From contig CAZYIA010000003.1 in the NCBI GenBank assembly GCA_964646765.1, positions 2,815 through 66,814 of the forward strand: a DNA stretch of 64,000 bases, given 5' to 3'. Positions 42,822 through 53,100 of the stretch are shown in pieces. This stretch comes from an uncultured Candidatus Saccharibacteria bacterium (GTDB lineage: Bacteria; Patescibacteriota; Minisyncoccia; Phycocordibacterales; UBA9973). The translations under genes and the position numbers were made by a program. Numbering within the stretch: the stretch's first letter is position 1; every line of letters starts with the position of its first letter. A model generated the notes under the pieces. That model made no database searches and was not told the DNA's origin. It saw only the letters and a list, made by a program, of their open reading frames with translations.

Positions 42822-45614
42822 ATGAAAATATCCCACCTTCGATCGCTCGTAGTCGCCTTTATTATTTTAGTAGCGTTCAGTTTCACTACTCAGCAAGCGT
42901 ATGCTTTCTCAGGTGGGTCGGGTACCGATGGTGATCCGTATCAAATGACGACGTGTGCTGATTTTGAAAGTATGCTCTCTAGTCCAATGGCGTCGTTTAT
43001 TTTTGAAAACGATATCGACTGTACTGCGGATGGAAATGCGGTTGGCTTCGCCACTATTTTTGGAGGGCACATTAATGGTAATGGTCACAAATTAACCTAC
43101 GCACTTACTACAACCGGTCCGTCATCATCATGGGCGCTCATTGAGGATTTCTCAGGGATTATTGAAAATTTGTGGGTTGATGGCACCGTTACCGACACCT
43201 ATGGTTCTGATGTATTGAGTGGCCTTATCTATAGTATGGATAGTGGAACCATTTCGAATGTAAAAAATACGGTTACGATTGTTGGTGGCACAGGAACCGG
43301 CTTGGTTGGTGGTTTTGCGTCCTATATGCAGGGCGGAACTATTGAAGATTCCTACTTTAGCGGAAGTATTGTTACTAACGGCGATACTGTTGGTGGTTTA
43401 GTTGGCCGAATGAACGCGGGAACAATTACTAATTCCTATGCCGCTGGAACCGTTGAAGGGGTTAATAATGTCGGTGGGCTGGTTGGTTACTTAGATAGCG
43501 GAACCATTACTAACAGTTTTGCGTCACCAACAATGAGTGGGACAACCCTCGGTGGTTTAGTTGGTTGGTATCAGAGCATGGTTGGCGGGGGAGTATTTTC
43601 GGGAGATTATTGGGACATTACTCGTACCACACAAACAACATGTAATCAGCAAGGCGATATCATTTCCGGTTGTACTGGTGTAAATAGTGGAAGCAGTAGC
43701 CCGAACTATTTTACCGACAATACTAATGCGCCACTTTCAGCATGGAACACTTCTACCTGGACGTTCTCGCCCGGAAATAGTCTTCCCGAATTAACCCTGT
43801 TTTCTTCAGATTCAACATCATTTATTACTACCTGGAAAACTAATAACCCAGGTGTATCAGCGAATAACCAAATTACTATCCCAACCTTTTCTGGGGCAAC
43901 ATATAACTACAACGTTGATTGGGGCGATGGAGAGACAGACACTGGAGTAACCGGGAATATAACGCATACTTATGCGACAGCTGGAACGTACACAGTAAAA
44001 ATTTCTGGAACGTTCCCGCGCATTTATTTTGATGATGGCGGGTATACTGACGCACAAAAAATTCTTTCGATCGAGCAATGGGGAAATAATCCATGGACTT
44101 CTTTTGGTAATTCCTTTGCTGGTTGTATTAACCTTATTTTGAACGCAACTGATACACCCGATCTCTCAAACGTGACCGATATGGGATATATGTTCCTCAA
44201 TGCCACTTCTCTAAATACCGACATCCACACTTGGGACGTTTCTCATGTGCAAAGTATGTATGGAACATTTCAAAGTGCAACCTCATTCAATCAACCACTC
44301 AACAGTTGGAATGTTTCAAACGTTGTGAACATGGGCTATATGTTTGAAAATGCCACTCACTTCAATCAAGATCTCAGTTCCTGGAATACTTCAAATGTCA
44401 CTGAAATGGATTCCATGTTTAACCAAGCAAGTAACTTCAATCAGGATCTCAGCAATTGGGATGTTTCGCACGTAGTAAATATGGGAGCCATGTTTTATGC
44501 AGCGTATGCGTTTGATAACGGCGGAGTGGCACTTACCTGGAATACGGCGAGTGCACAGTATATGAATGGAATGTTTAATTTGTCGCAGTTCAATCAAGAC
44601 ATTAGTTCTTGGGATGTTTCGCACGTGACTACATTTGCAAGTATGTTTAACGCCGACCATGCATTCAATCAGGATATTAGCGGCTGGGATGTTTCGCATG
44701 CCAACGATATGAATTTAATGTTCTATGCCGCTAACGCTTTCAACCAAGACCTCAGTTCTTGGGATGTCTCACATGTGACGGATCTGAGCGGTATGTTTTA
44801 CTTTGCAACCTCATTCAATCAACCGCTCAACAGTTGGAATGTTTCAAGCGCTACCAACATGGCATACATGTTTGCAAACGCAAGTGCCTTCAATCAAAAT
44901 CTTGGTAACTGGAACGTATCGCACGTGACCAATATGGACACTATGTTTGGTGATGCTAGTTCGTTTGATCAAGATATAAGTTCATGGAATATTTCGCATG
45001 TAACAAACATGCTCGGCATGTTTACAAACGTAACGCTCTCCACTGCTCACTATGATGCGCTCCTTACCTCGTGGTCGGTAGAATCGCCAGAGTCCGGAGT
45101 ATCCTTTACCGCGGGTAACAGTTTGTATTGTTCTTCTGTCGAAGCTGCTCGTCGCATACTCACAACGACGTATAGTTGGGCGATCACTGACGGGGGAGTA
45201 GATGGCAGTTGTCCTACAGTTTCTTCAGGTGGCAGCAGTGGTGTCGTTCCCGTCTGGATTTTGCAATCTATGAGTGACCAACTACGTGCAGCTCAGACGG
45301 CTTCTCAGTCAACGAGCGCGGTACCTGCCAATCCAATACCTTCTACCACCGATGCATTTGTGTTTACAAAATATCTCAAGCTCGGGATGACTGACAGCCA
45401 GGTTAAAAAGTTGCAAGCATTCCTCAATGCGCACGGTGCACAAGTTTCAGCAAGTGGAGATGGTGCCCCTGGACACGAAACAACTTCTTTTGGAAAGAAA
45501 ACGCTTAAGGCTCTCGCTCTCTACCAAAAAGCAAATGGTATCAAGCCATCATCAGGATATTTTGGTCCGGTCACAATGAAGCTCGTCAACCAGTTACTCT
45601 CTCAGGAAAAGTAA
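42822..45614 (+). CDS. Giant secreted surface protein with Gly-rich (GGLVG) repeats, a PKD domain, about 11 tandem DUF285/BspA-type repeats and a C-terminal peptidoglycan-binding domain
   Basis: Signal peptide. The PKD-like segment is YNYNVDWGDGETDTGVTGNITHTYATAGTYTVKISG. The repeat unit F...FNQD(L/I)S.W(D/N)VSHV..M..MF is iterated from about 44130 to 45010. The C-terminus FGKKTLKALALYQKANGIKPSSGYFGPVTMKLVNQLL is PG_binding_1-like. Confidence 0.75.
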   Translation: MKISHLRSLVVAFIILVAFSFTTQQAYAFSGGSGTDGDPYQMTTCADFESMLSSPMASFIFENDIDCTADGNAVGFATIFGGHINGNGHKLTYALTTTGPSSSWALIEDFSGIIENLWVDGTVTDTYGSDVLSGLIYSMDSGTISNVKNTVTIVGGTGTGLVGGFASYMQGGTIEDSYFSGSIVTNGDTVGGLVGRMNAGTITNSYAAGTVEGVNNVGGLVGYLDSGTITNSFASPTMSGTTLGGLVGWYQSMVGGGVFSGDYWDITRTTQTTCNQQGDIISGCTGVNSGSSSPNYFTDNTNAPLSAWNTSTWTFSPGNSLPELTLFSSDSTSFITTWKTNNPGVSANNQITIPTFSGATYNYNVDWGDGETDTGVTGNITHTYATAGTYTVKISGTFPRIYFDDGGYTDAQKILSIEQWGNNPWTSFGNSFAGCINLILNATDTPDLSNVTDMGYMFLNATSLNTDIHTWDVSHVQSMYGTFQSATSFNQPLNSWNVSNVVNMGYMFENATHFNQDLSSWNTSNVTEMDSMFNQASNFNQDLSNWDVSHVVNMGAMFYAAYAFDNGGVALTWNTASAQYMNGMFNLSQFNQDISSWDVSHVTTFASMFNADHAFNQDISGWDVSHANDMNLMFYAANAFNQDLSSWDVSHVTDLSGMFYFATSFNQPLNSWNVSSATNMAYMFANASAFNQNLGNWNVSHVTNMDTMFGDASSFDQDISSWNISHVTNMLGMFTNVTLSTAHYDALLTSWSVESPESGVSFTAGNSLYCSSVEAARRILTTTYSWAITDGGVDGSCPTVSSGGSSGVVPVWILQSMSDQLRAAQTASQSTSAVPANPIPSTTDAFVFTKYLKLGMTDSQVKKLQAFLNAHGAQVSASGDGAPGHETTSFGKKTLKALALYQKANGIKPSSGYFGPVTMKLVNQLLSQEK

Positions 45615-45661
45615 CATTCTCTTGAGCCCATTCTGATTTTTGGGCAGACTCGGGTAACGGG

Positions 45662-46918
45662 TTAAGCTGTACCCCGGTTTAAATATGCGGAGTATCGAAA
45701 CATTCCAATTCCCGCAGCGATAATGGCTGCGATGCCGCCAACTGTTAGGCTGTACCGCGGGCCAAAGTGTTCTCCAATGTAACCGATGATTGGAGCGCCG
45801 ATAAGTGTGGAACCCAAAAAGGCCATGGCCCACAGTGCCATTACTTGGCCGCGCATGTGACTATCGCTATTTGATTGCATGGTGCTATTGCCCCAAGAAA
45901 TGAAACTAATGGAAAAGATACCAACGAAGAACATTCCTACAACGGCAGCATTGATATCAGGAAGCACTGAAATTACCGTAAATGTAATCCCAAATAAAAA
46001 GGCTGCGGCGATGAGCAGTTTTTGTGAAGTTTTTTTAACAAAGGCTGCACCGGCAAGGCCACCAATAATTGATCCAAGTCCCAAAGCAGTAACTAACGCT
46101 GCATACGTCGCAGCTGTTCCATGAAAAGTATTCTGAGCTAAGAGTGGTAAACTTACTGAAAATTCGTATGAGAGCGTGCCGATAATTGCCATCATTAACA
46201 GCGTGTTCGAAAGAATTGGGGAAGAGCGAACGTAGCGGAGCCCATCGAGAATGGTAAGTTTTGCGTCTCGTTTTGGTTCGCGATGAAGCTCTGAAGATCG
46301 CATGAGGGCGAGCACGATAATAACGGCGATGAATGACGCGGCGTTTAACAGAAAACAAACACCGAGCCCAACAGCCGCAATAACAGCGCCACCAATAGCT
46401 GGGCCGAGGGCGCGAGTAACACTTACTTCAGTTGCAAAGAGACTAATGGCATTAGTGATGCGATCTCTTCCAACCATTTCAGAAACAAAACTTTGCCGTG
46501 CCGGATTATCGAGAGCGTTTACTATTCCGAGACATGTTGCAAAAATGTACACCATCCACAATTGGATCGTTCCTGTTACCACTAACAATCCAAGAAGAAG
46601 AGCTAATACTCCAGAGAGACCTTGAGTAATATATAGAACACGGCGTTTCTCAAAACGATCAGCAATCAAACCTCCAAAGGGAGCAAAGAAAAGCACTGGG
46701 CCGTACTGAAGCGCCGAAACGATACCGAGCTGCGTGCCAGAGTGGGAGAGGGTAAGTACCAGCCAATCTTGTGCAATCGTTTGCATCCAAGTTCCAGAAA
46801 GAGAAATTGCTTGGCCGATGAAGTAGAGCCGGAAATTGCGAACTTCAAGTGAGTGGAACGTTTTCTTAAGAAATTGGCGGCCGTTTTCAAGAATTTTTGG
46901 AATAGTAAGAGTTTGCAT
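45662..46918 (-). CDS. MFS transporter
   Basis: 418 aa, 12 predicted TM helices, MFS loop motif. Confidence 0.7.
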   Translation of the reverse strand: MQTLTIPKILENGRQFLKKTFHSLEVRNFRLYFIGQAISLSGTWMQTIAQDWLVLTLSHSGTQLGIVSALQYGPVLFFAPFGGLIADRFEKRRVLYITQGLSGVLALLLGLLVVTGTIQLWMVYIFATCLGIVNALDNPARQSFVSEMVGRDRITNAISLFATEVSVTRALGPAIGGAVIAAVGLGVCFLLNAASFIAVIIVLALMRSSELHREPKRDAKLTILDGLRYVRSSPILSNTLLMMAIIGTLSYEFSVSLPLLAQNTFHGTAATYAALVTALGLGSIIGGLAGAAFVKKTSQKLLIAAAFLFGITFTVISVLPDINAAVVGMFFVGIFSISFISWGNSTMQSNSDSHMRGQVMALWAMAFLGSTLIGAPIIGYIGEHFGPRYSLTVGGIAAIIAAGIGMFRYSAYLNRGTA

Positions 46919-47015
46919 ACAGAAATGAAGTCACCATTATAGTCTCTAGTTACAGAAATGCCCAAATTTTTAATAAACATTGAAAAAAGCTTGAAAATAC
47001 TGTAGTGTATGCCGC

Positions 47016-47100
47016 GGAGGCGTGGGTGAGTGGTTTAAACCAACGGTCTTGAAAACCGTCGTGTCGAAAGGCACCGTGAGTTCGAATCTCACCGCCTCCG
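47016..47100 (+). tRNA. tRNA-Ser (anticodon TGA)
   Basis: GGAGGCG-TG-GGT-GAGTGGTTTAA-ACC-A-ACGGT-CTTGAAA-ACCGT-[long variable arm CGTGTCGAAAGGCACC]-GTGAG-TTCGAAT-CTCAC-CGCCTCC-G. CCA is not encoded. Confidence 0.85.
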
Positions 47101-47110
47101 CAAGTACAAA

Positions 47111-47140
47111 AAAGAGCCCGAAAGGGCCTTTTTTGTTTGA
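47111..47140 (+). terminator. Weak rho-independent terminator after tRNA-Ser
   Basis: gccc-gaaa-gggc stem plus ttttttg. Confidence 0.4.
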
Positions 47141-47245
47141 CGCAGGCGAGCACGCAGACTGCTTTACGTGCGGGTGAGATTCGAAAGCCGCAGCGTGTCG
47201 CCTTGGCGACGGCGAGGCGGGGTCGCGAACACTTGGTAGTTTTGG
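47141..47245 (+). repeat. tRNA-linked conserved element, copy B (downstream of tRNA-Ser)
   Basis: About 70% identity to the reverse complement of 12158..12250, including the 16/16 block ggcgaggcggggtcgc (47211-47226). ggtgagattcgaa (47173-47185) is the reverse complement of the tRNA-Ser T-loop/T-stem (ttcgaatctcacc). A hairpin with an aaagcagt loop precedes it. Confidence 0.6.
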
Positions 47246-47364
47246 GAGTGAGACGAGCAAAAATACTTAGTGATTCGTGACCGAATCTCCCGTTCTTAAG
47301 TTTTAGTCGCGGGCGAATCGGCCGTCTCCGCAGAAATAGATAATTCTGATATTATTTTAATTGC

Positions 47365-47781
47365 ATGGAAGGAAAACCTCCTAAAATTGGAAAGCCAAAC
47401 ATCGAAGTCTTAGAACAGGGTAATGACATATCTTTCACTGCTCGACAACAAGAAAAAATACTCGCATCCTTGCAATGTGAAAAAGATTTGCCGCGCGCAG
47501 CACTCATTGCTCGGACAATTGTTGTTGAAAAAGATTTTACTAAACAGGGAATAGGTAGCAACTTACTTATCGAAGCTATTAACTATGCGAGAAGTCATAA
47601 ACTTTCACTCGAAACTGACTACGGTATTAGTGAAAACGCTGAAAAACTAATCCAGTCTCTTTCTGAGAAAGGATATTCATTTATCAAAAATTCTGGGGCT
47701 ATTGAGCGAGCCGGGACTGAAGGAAAGAGAATTGTTACGCTAGATGGATCTCCTGTCTATATTTTAGAAGATAAAGAGTAG
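47365..47781 (+). CDS. Hypothetical protein (possible small GNAT-like acetyltransferase)
   Basis: 138 aa. VVEKDFTKQGIGSNLLIEAINYARSHK weakly resembles GNAT motif A. Confidence 0.3.
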   Translation: MEGKPPKIGKPNIEVLEQGNDISFTARQQEKILASLQCEKDLPRAALIARTIVVEKDFTKQGIGSNLLIEAINYARSHKLSLETDYGISENAEKLIQSLSEKGYSFIKNSGAIERAGTEGKRIVTLDGSPVYILEDKE

Positions 47782-47790
47782 ATACTAACC

Positions 47791-48213
47791 ATGACAAATA
47801 TAAATCCTTGGATCAATTTTAATGGTAATGCCGAAGAAGCGTTCACTTTCTATAAGTCAGTCTTTGGCGGAGAGTTTGGAAAAATCGTACGCCTCAAAGA
47901 TCTGGCAACTCCTGAATTTCAGGTAGAGGAAAAAGATGCGAATAAAATTATGCTCATTACCTTGCCAATAGGTAACAATATGCTGATGGCTAATGATGTG
48001 CCGGAATTTTTGGGTAAAGTAAATGAGCGTGAAAATCGAAGTAAAATTTCAGTAAGCGTAGATTCTAAAGAAGAAGCCAACAGAATCTTCAGCGGCCTTT
48101 CAGTAGGTGGGGAAATAGAGGCTCCAATGGGTGATAGTCCCTGGGGAACGTACTTCGGTGCATTTCGAGATAAGTACGGTATTGAGTGGATGATTGAATT
48201 TAATTCAAAATAG
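47791..48213 (+). CDS. VOC-family (glyoxalase/bleomycin-resistance fold; PhnB-like) protein
   Basis: [27 protein letters not shown]...[24 protein letters not shown]. Confidence 0.65.
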   Translation: MTNINPWINFNGNAEEAFTFYKSVFGGEFGKIVRLKDLATPEFQVEEKDANKIMLITLPIGNNMLMANDVPEFLGKVNERENRSKISVSVDSKEEANRIFSGLSVGGEIEAPMGDSPWGTYFGAFRDKYGIEWMIEFNSK

Positions 48214-48218
48214 TCAGT

Positions 48219-48566
48219 ATGCTTAAACACAATCTTTACAAAACTCCTTTCGCAAAGGTCTATCCCTATTACGTTGCCAAAGCGGAGAAAAAAGGCCGAA
48301 CTAAAGCTGAAGTAGACGAAATTATTCGTTGGCTAACTGGATATACCCAGAAGCAGTTTGAGGCGCACTTAAAAAAGCAAACCGACTTTGAAACTTTTTA
48401 TACTAAAGCAAAAATGAATCCTCTGCGATCACTTATTATCGGCGTAGTATGTGGCGTACGAATTGAAGAAATTAAAGATCCAATTATGCGAGAGATTCGC
48501 TATCTAGATAAACTGATTGATGAGTTGGCAAAAGGGAGGCCAATGGAAAAAATTAAACGAACTTAA
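48219..48566 (+). CDS. DUF2200-family protein
   Basis: [37 protein letters not shown] is the recognisable DUF2200 signature. Confidence 0.55.
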   Translation: MLKHNLYKTPFAKVYPYYVAKAEKKGRTKAEVDEIIRWLTGYTQKQFEAHLKKQTDFETFYTKAKMNPLRSLIIGVVCGVRIEEIKDPIMREIRYLDKLIDELAKGRPMEKIKRT

Positions 48567-48586
48567 AACTAGTTCGCTTGTTTAAG

Positions 48587-48623
48587 TAAAAAAATAGCTG
48601 GGCAAACCCAGCTATTTTTTTAC
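48587..48623. terminator. Bidirectional rho-independent terminator
   Basis: aaaaaatagctggg-caaa-cccagctattttttt. Confidence 0.75.
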
Positions 48624-49174
48624 ATCTCTTCAATTTCTTTTCGTAGTTTTTTGATTTCACCACGTTCGTCACTAATACGAGAATTTCTATTTCGTCCATT
48701 AACAGGCTCGCCAAGATCTTCAAGTTCGTTCATGGTGTGAAAATCTTCCTCGTGTGTTTCGGTTTGCTGGCGTATTTCTTCTAGTTCTTTATCAACAGGA
48801 GGCATGAAAAGCTTCTTTAGAAGCTCCGTATTTTTTGGATTGATGACAAATTCCTTTTTTCCCGAAGGAGTGTCATCAAGAGCAAGAAAGTCACCCGGAA
48901 AATCTTCAGAGCCCATTCCCTCAAGTCTGTACAGCAAGGTTGATCGTGCTATCCCTGCATCACCAAAATATTTTTTATATTCAGCATACAGTTTTTCAGG
49001 TCGTACAAATCCATCTTTTTCAGTTTCTCCTTCGTAGTCAAACGGGATATTTTTTAATGCTTCTTGGAAAGAAACAAACTCTCTTTCAAGAGGATATGAC
49101 TCATGCTCAGCGCCTATCTTATACTTCGGAGATTTAGGAGCTTCTGGTGCCGGAAAACCGTTTTCTATCTTCAT
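48620..49174 (-). CDS. Hypothetical acidic protein
   Basis: 184 aa, E/D/K-rich. No recognisable motif. Confidence 0.4.
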   Translation of the reverse strand: MKIENGFPAPEAPKSPKYKIGAEHESYPLEREFVSFQEALKNIPFDYEGETEKDGFVRPEKLYAEYKKYFGDAGIARSTLLYRLEGMGSEDFPGDFLALDDTPSGKKEFVINPKNTELLKKLFMPPVDKELEEIRQQTETHEEDFHTMNELEDLGEPVNGRNRNSRISDERGEIKKLRKEIEEM

Positions 49175-49219
49175 ACTGTATATCCTTACTAATTAGAGCT
49201 TTTGTGTCAAACAGGTAAT

Positions 49220-50134
49220 TTATACTCCCAGTGCTTCGCACAACAGCGCCATGCGGATATACAAGCCATTTTGTGGCTGGCGGAAGTAGGCGGCGCGCTT
49301 GTCGGCATCGATTGCGGTGTCGATTTCGTTTACTCGCGGTAGGGGGTGCATGATGATTGCGGTTGGTTTCATCAAGTCTAAATGAGGAGCTTTAAGGAGG
49401 AACATATCTTTCACTCGCTCGTAATCTTCTTTGTTTTCAAAACGTTCTTTTTGAACGCGCGTCATATATACAACATCAGCGGCTTTGAGCGCTTCGTCGA
49501 GATTTTCGGTTTCGGTAAATGAAACTCCTTTTTCATAAAGTTCGCTCGTTAATTCTTCTGGTACGCGAAGTTCTTTTGGCGAAACAAAGATAAATGAGTT
49601 GTTTGAATATTCAATAAGAAGAGGAACAAGGGAATGAAGTGTGCGGCTATTTTTTAGGTCGCCAACAAACACGACCGTTAAGTTTTCGAGCCGGCCTTGT
49701 TCTTTTTGAATGGTGTACAGATCAAGAAAACCTTGTGAAGGATGTTGGTTGGCGCCATCACCAGCGTTTAATACTGGTTTGGTTGCCACTTTTGCTGCTG
49801 CTTCGGCAGAACCAATTTTTGGATGGCGCATGACGATGGCGTCAGCATATGACGAGAGCATGCGCGCAGTGTCTTCGATGGTTTCGCCTTTAAATGCAGA
49901 AGAACTCTCGGCAGCATTTTCAACGGTGATGATTTGGCCGCCTAAGCGAAGCACAGCCGTTTCAAATGAGAGACGAGTGCGGGTTGAAGGCTCAAAGAAA
50001 ACTGAAGCGACAATTTTGCCTTTCAAAAGTTCAGGCAGCGTGCCGTTTGCGTGTTCAACTTCAAGCGCTTTTGCTCGAGCGAGAATGTTCTCGACGTCGC
50101 TTTTTGAAAACTGGCTGGTGGAGAGAATATGCAT
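49220..50134 (-). CDS. pyrB: Aspartate carbamoyltransferase catalytic subunit
   Basis: STRTR and HPLP motifs. 304 aa. Confidence 0.9.
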   Translation of the reverse strand: MHILSTSQFSKSDVENILARAKALEVEHANGTLPELLKGKIVASVFFEPSTRTRLSFETAVLRLGGQIITVENAAESSSAFKGETIEDTARMLSSYADAIVMRHPKIGSAEAAAKVATKPVLNAGDGANQHPSQGFLDLYTIQKEQGRLENLTVVFVGDLKNSRTLHSLVPLLIEYSNNSFIFVSPKELRVPEELTSELYEKGVSFTETENLDEALKAADVVYMTRVQKERFENKEDYERVKDMFLLKAPHLDLMKPTAIIMHPLPRVNEIDTAIDADKRAAYFRQPQNGLYIRMALLCEALGV

Positions 50135-50135
50135 G

Positions 50136-53100
50136 TTAGCTTACGTATTCTTTGTATGACTTAATTTCGAGATCATCGATAGAGTAGTTGGAGAGAGCTT
50201 TTACGAAGGCACGGGCGAGGTGAAGATCGGTGAAGAGGGGAATTTGGTTGTCGACAGCCGCGCGGCGAATCTGGAAACCATCGGTTGTTTTCTTACCTGC
50301 TTTTATGCGTCCGGTCTCACTTAAATTTACCACAAAGCCAACATTCTTGCCGTTTACAAGATCGAGGAAGTTTGGTGATGGCTCAGAAGCCTTGCGAACC
50401 ATATTACAAGCCACGCCTTGGCCTTTTAAGAAGTTTGCCGTGCCTTCGGTTGCTGAAATGTTATAGCCAAGGGTAACGAGCTGGCGGGCTGCTTCGATAA
50501 ATTTGGCTTTGTTGATTTCACCGCCCAGAGAAAGGAGAACATCTTTTTTACGATAGTCGAAAGTGTGCGCACTCATAATCGATTTCAAAAGTGCTTCGTC
50601 GTAGTCCTTGCCGAAACAAGCCACTTCGCCGGTTGATGACATTTCGACGCGGAGAATTGGGTCGGCACCCAAGAGGCGAGAGAAGGAAAACTGCGGTGAT
50701 TTTACGATCACGCTTCGTGGATATTCGTAGTCGTGCTTTTTAGCTTTGCCAAAGAAACTGTCGACAGCCATGCCTGGAAAGTTTACGTCCATAGCTTTTG
50801 AAAGCATGGGGAAGGTTCGAGATGCGCGAAGGTTCACTTCGATAACTGATGGCTTGTTATCTTTCACCAAGAACTGAATATTGAACGGGCCAGTGATCGA
50901 AAGTTCTTTAGCAATTTTTTTCGAGATATCGCGAATCTGAAATTCAGTTGAAGCGTACACACGTTGCGTAGGGAAGACGATCGTGGCGTCACCAGAGTGC
51001 ACACCAGCGTTTTCAACGTGTTCAGAAATTCCGTACACCATCAGTTCGCCGTTCTGGGCTACCGCATCAAACTCAAGTTCCTTAGCGTTCTCGACGAATT
51101 TCGAAATCGTTACTGGATGCTCTGGGCCAAGCACTGCTGCTTTGCCAATAAAGGCTTCAAGCTGTTCTTGGTTATAACAGACACTCATGGCCGCACCAGA
51201 GAGCACGTATGATGGACGAACGAGTACAGGGTAGCCAACAGCGTCAGTAAATTTTTTGGCTTCTTCTACCGTGCTGAAACTCTGCCACTTTGGCTGAAGA
51301 ATTTCGAGCTTATCGAGCATGGCCGAGAAAGCGTTACGATCTTCAGCGCGGTCGATGTTGGCGGCAGTTGTACCAAGAATAGGGAAGCCTTCTTTTGAAA
51401 GTTTCTTAGCGAGGTTGTTTGGACGCTGGCCACCCACTGAAATAATCAGGCCGCCAGAATGTTCGAACTCAAAAATGTCAGCAACGGTTTCAAATGAGAG
51501 GTTTTCGAAGTAGAGGCGATCAGAGATATCGTAGTCGGTTGAAACAGTTTCTGGATTACAGTTTACGATGACTGAAAGTTTTTTGTGGCGCTTAAGAGCG
51601 AGGGCTGCATTCACACATGACCAGTCGAATTCAACTGAAGAACCAATGTGGTATGGGCCAGAACCAAGCACGGTGATGGCGCTTTTACCAAGCGGCTTCA
51701 CATCATGGTGATTGCCGTGATAGGTGAGGTAGAGGTAGTTGGTTTTTGCTGGCACTTCGCCGGCGAGGGTATCGATTTGGAAAACGTTCGGCATGATGCC
51801 AAGTTTCTTACGGAGCTTTCGGACTTCGAATTCAGTTTTGTGGAGGAGAGCGCCGATTTTTTTATCAGAGAAACCAAGCTGTTTTAAGTTTGTGAGATTT
51901 TCTTTATCGAGTTTTTTAGTAACGAGCAGATCTTTTTCTGCTTCAACAATTGCCTGCACGCGGTAGAGGAACCATGGATCAACACCAGTGATTTTATAGA
52001 GCTCTTCGACTGACTTTCCGCGTTTCAAACTTTCGGCGATAGCAAAGAGTCGCTTCGGAGTTGGTGTTTCCAAAAACTTTTTCAGCGTTTCATCGCCAAA
52101 GCCGTTATCGGTTACGCTTTCAATCGCACCGCTTTGCATGCGCACCGCCTTTTGTAGTGCTTCTTCAAAGTTTCGGCCAATAGCCATTACTTCACCAACC
52201 GATTTCATTGCGCTACCAATTTTCTCATCAGCGCCAACAAATTTTTCCAAGTCCCAGCGTGGGAATTTAACCACCACATAGTCGAGGGCTGGCTCGAAGA
52301 AGCTTTGAGTAACTTGAGTGATTTTGTTTTTGATATCGAGGAGGCTGTAGCCAAGAGCGAGTTTTGCGGCAACGTAGGCGAGAGGGTAGCCCGTAGCTTT
52401 TGATGCAAGCGCTGAAGAGCGGGAGAGACGAGCGTTTACTTCGATAACATAGTAGTCGAGTTCGCCATTTTTTGGGTTTGGATTTACGGCGTACTGCACG
52501 TTACATTCGCCAACAATGCCGAGCGACTGCACTATCTTAATAGAAGCGAGGCGAAGGCCATGATATTCGTCGTTTGAAAGGGTCTGCGATGGAGCGATAA
52601 CAATTGAGTCGCCAGTGTGAATACCGAGCGGATCAAAGTTTTCCATGTTACATACCGTCACCGTATTGTTGAATGAATCACGTACCACTTCGTACTCAAG
52701 TTCTTTAAAGTGGTGAAGATACTTTTCAATAAGTACTTGTGGCGAAACTGCGAGCGCACCTTCTACAATTTCTTTGAGTTCTGCTTCTGTGTGAGCCACA
52801 CCTGACTTTTGGCCGCCGAGAGTAAATGCTGCGCGTACCATAACCGGCAAACCGATTTGAGTAGCCAGTTTTTGTGCCTCTACTAAAGTTGTAGCTGCCC
52901 CAGAAGGAGCAGTTGGAATACCGATAGCACGGAGGTGGTCAGCAAAGAGCTGGCGGTCTTCGGTAAGTTCAATGGAGTCAACCGGTGTCCCGAGTACTGC
53001 GACCCCATATTTTTTGAGAATGCCTTTTTCTCGAAGAGCTAAACCACAGTTAAGTGCTGTTTGGCCGCCGAATGAGAGCATGATGCCGTCCGGCTTTTCT

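Noticed and set aside
46950-47260. Minus-strand track ORFs 46950..47153 and 46970..47260
   Set aside because: They overlap tRNA-Ser and the GC-rich repeat element. They are GC-skew artefacts.
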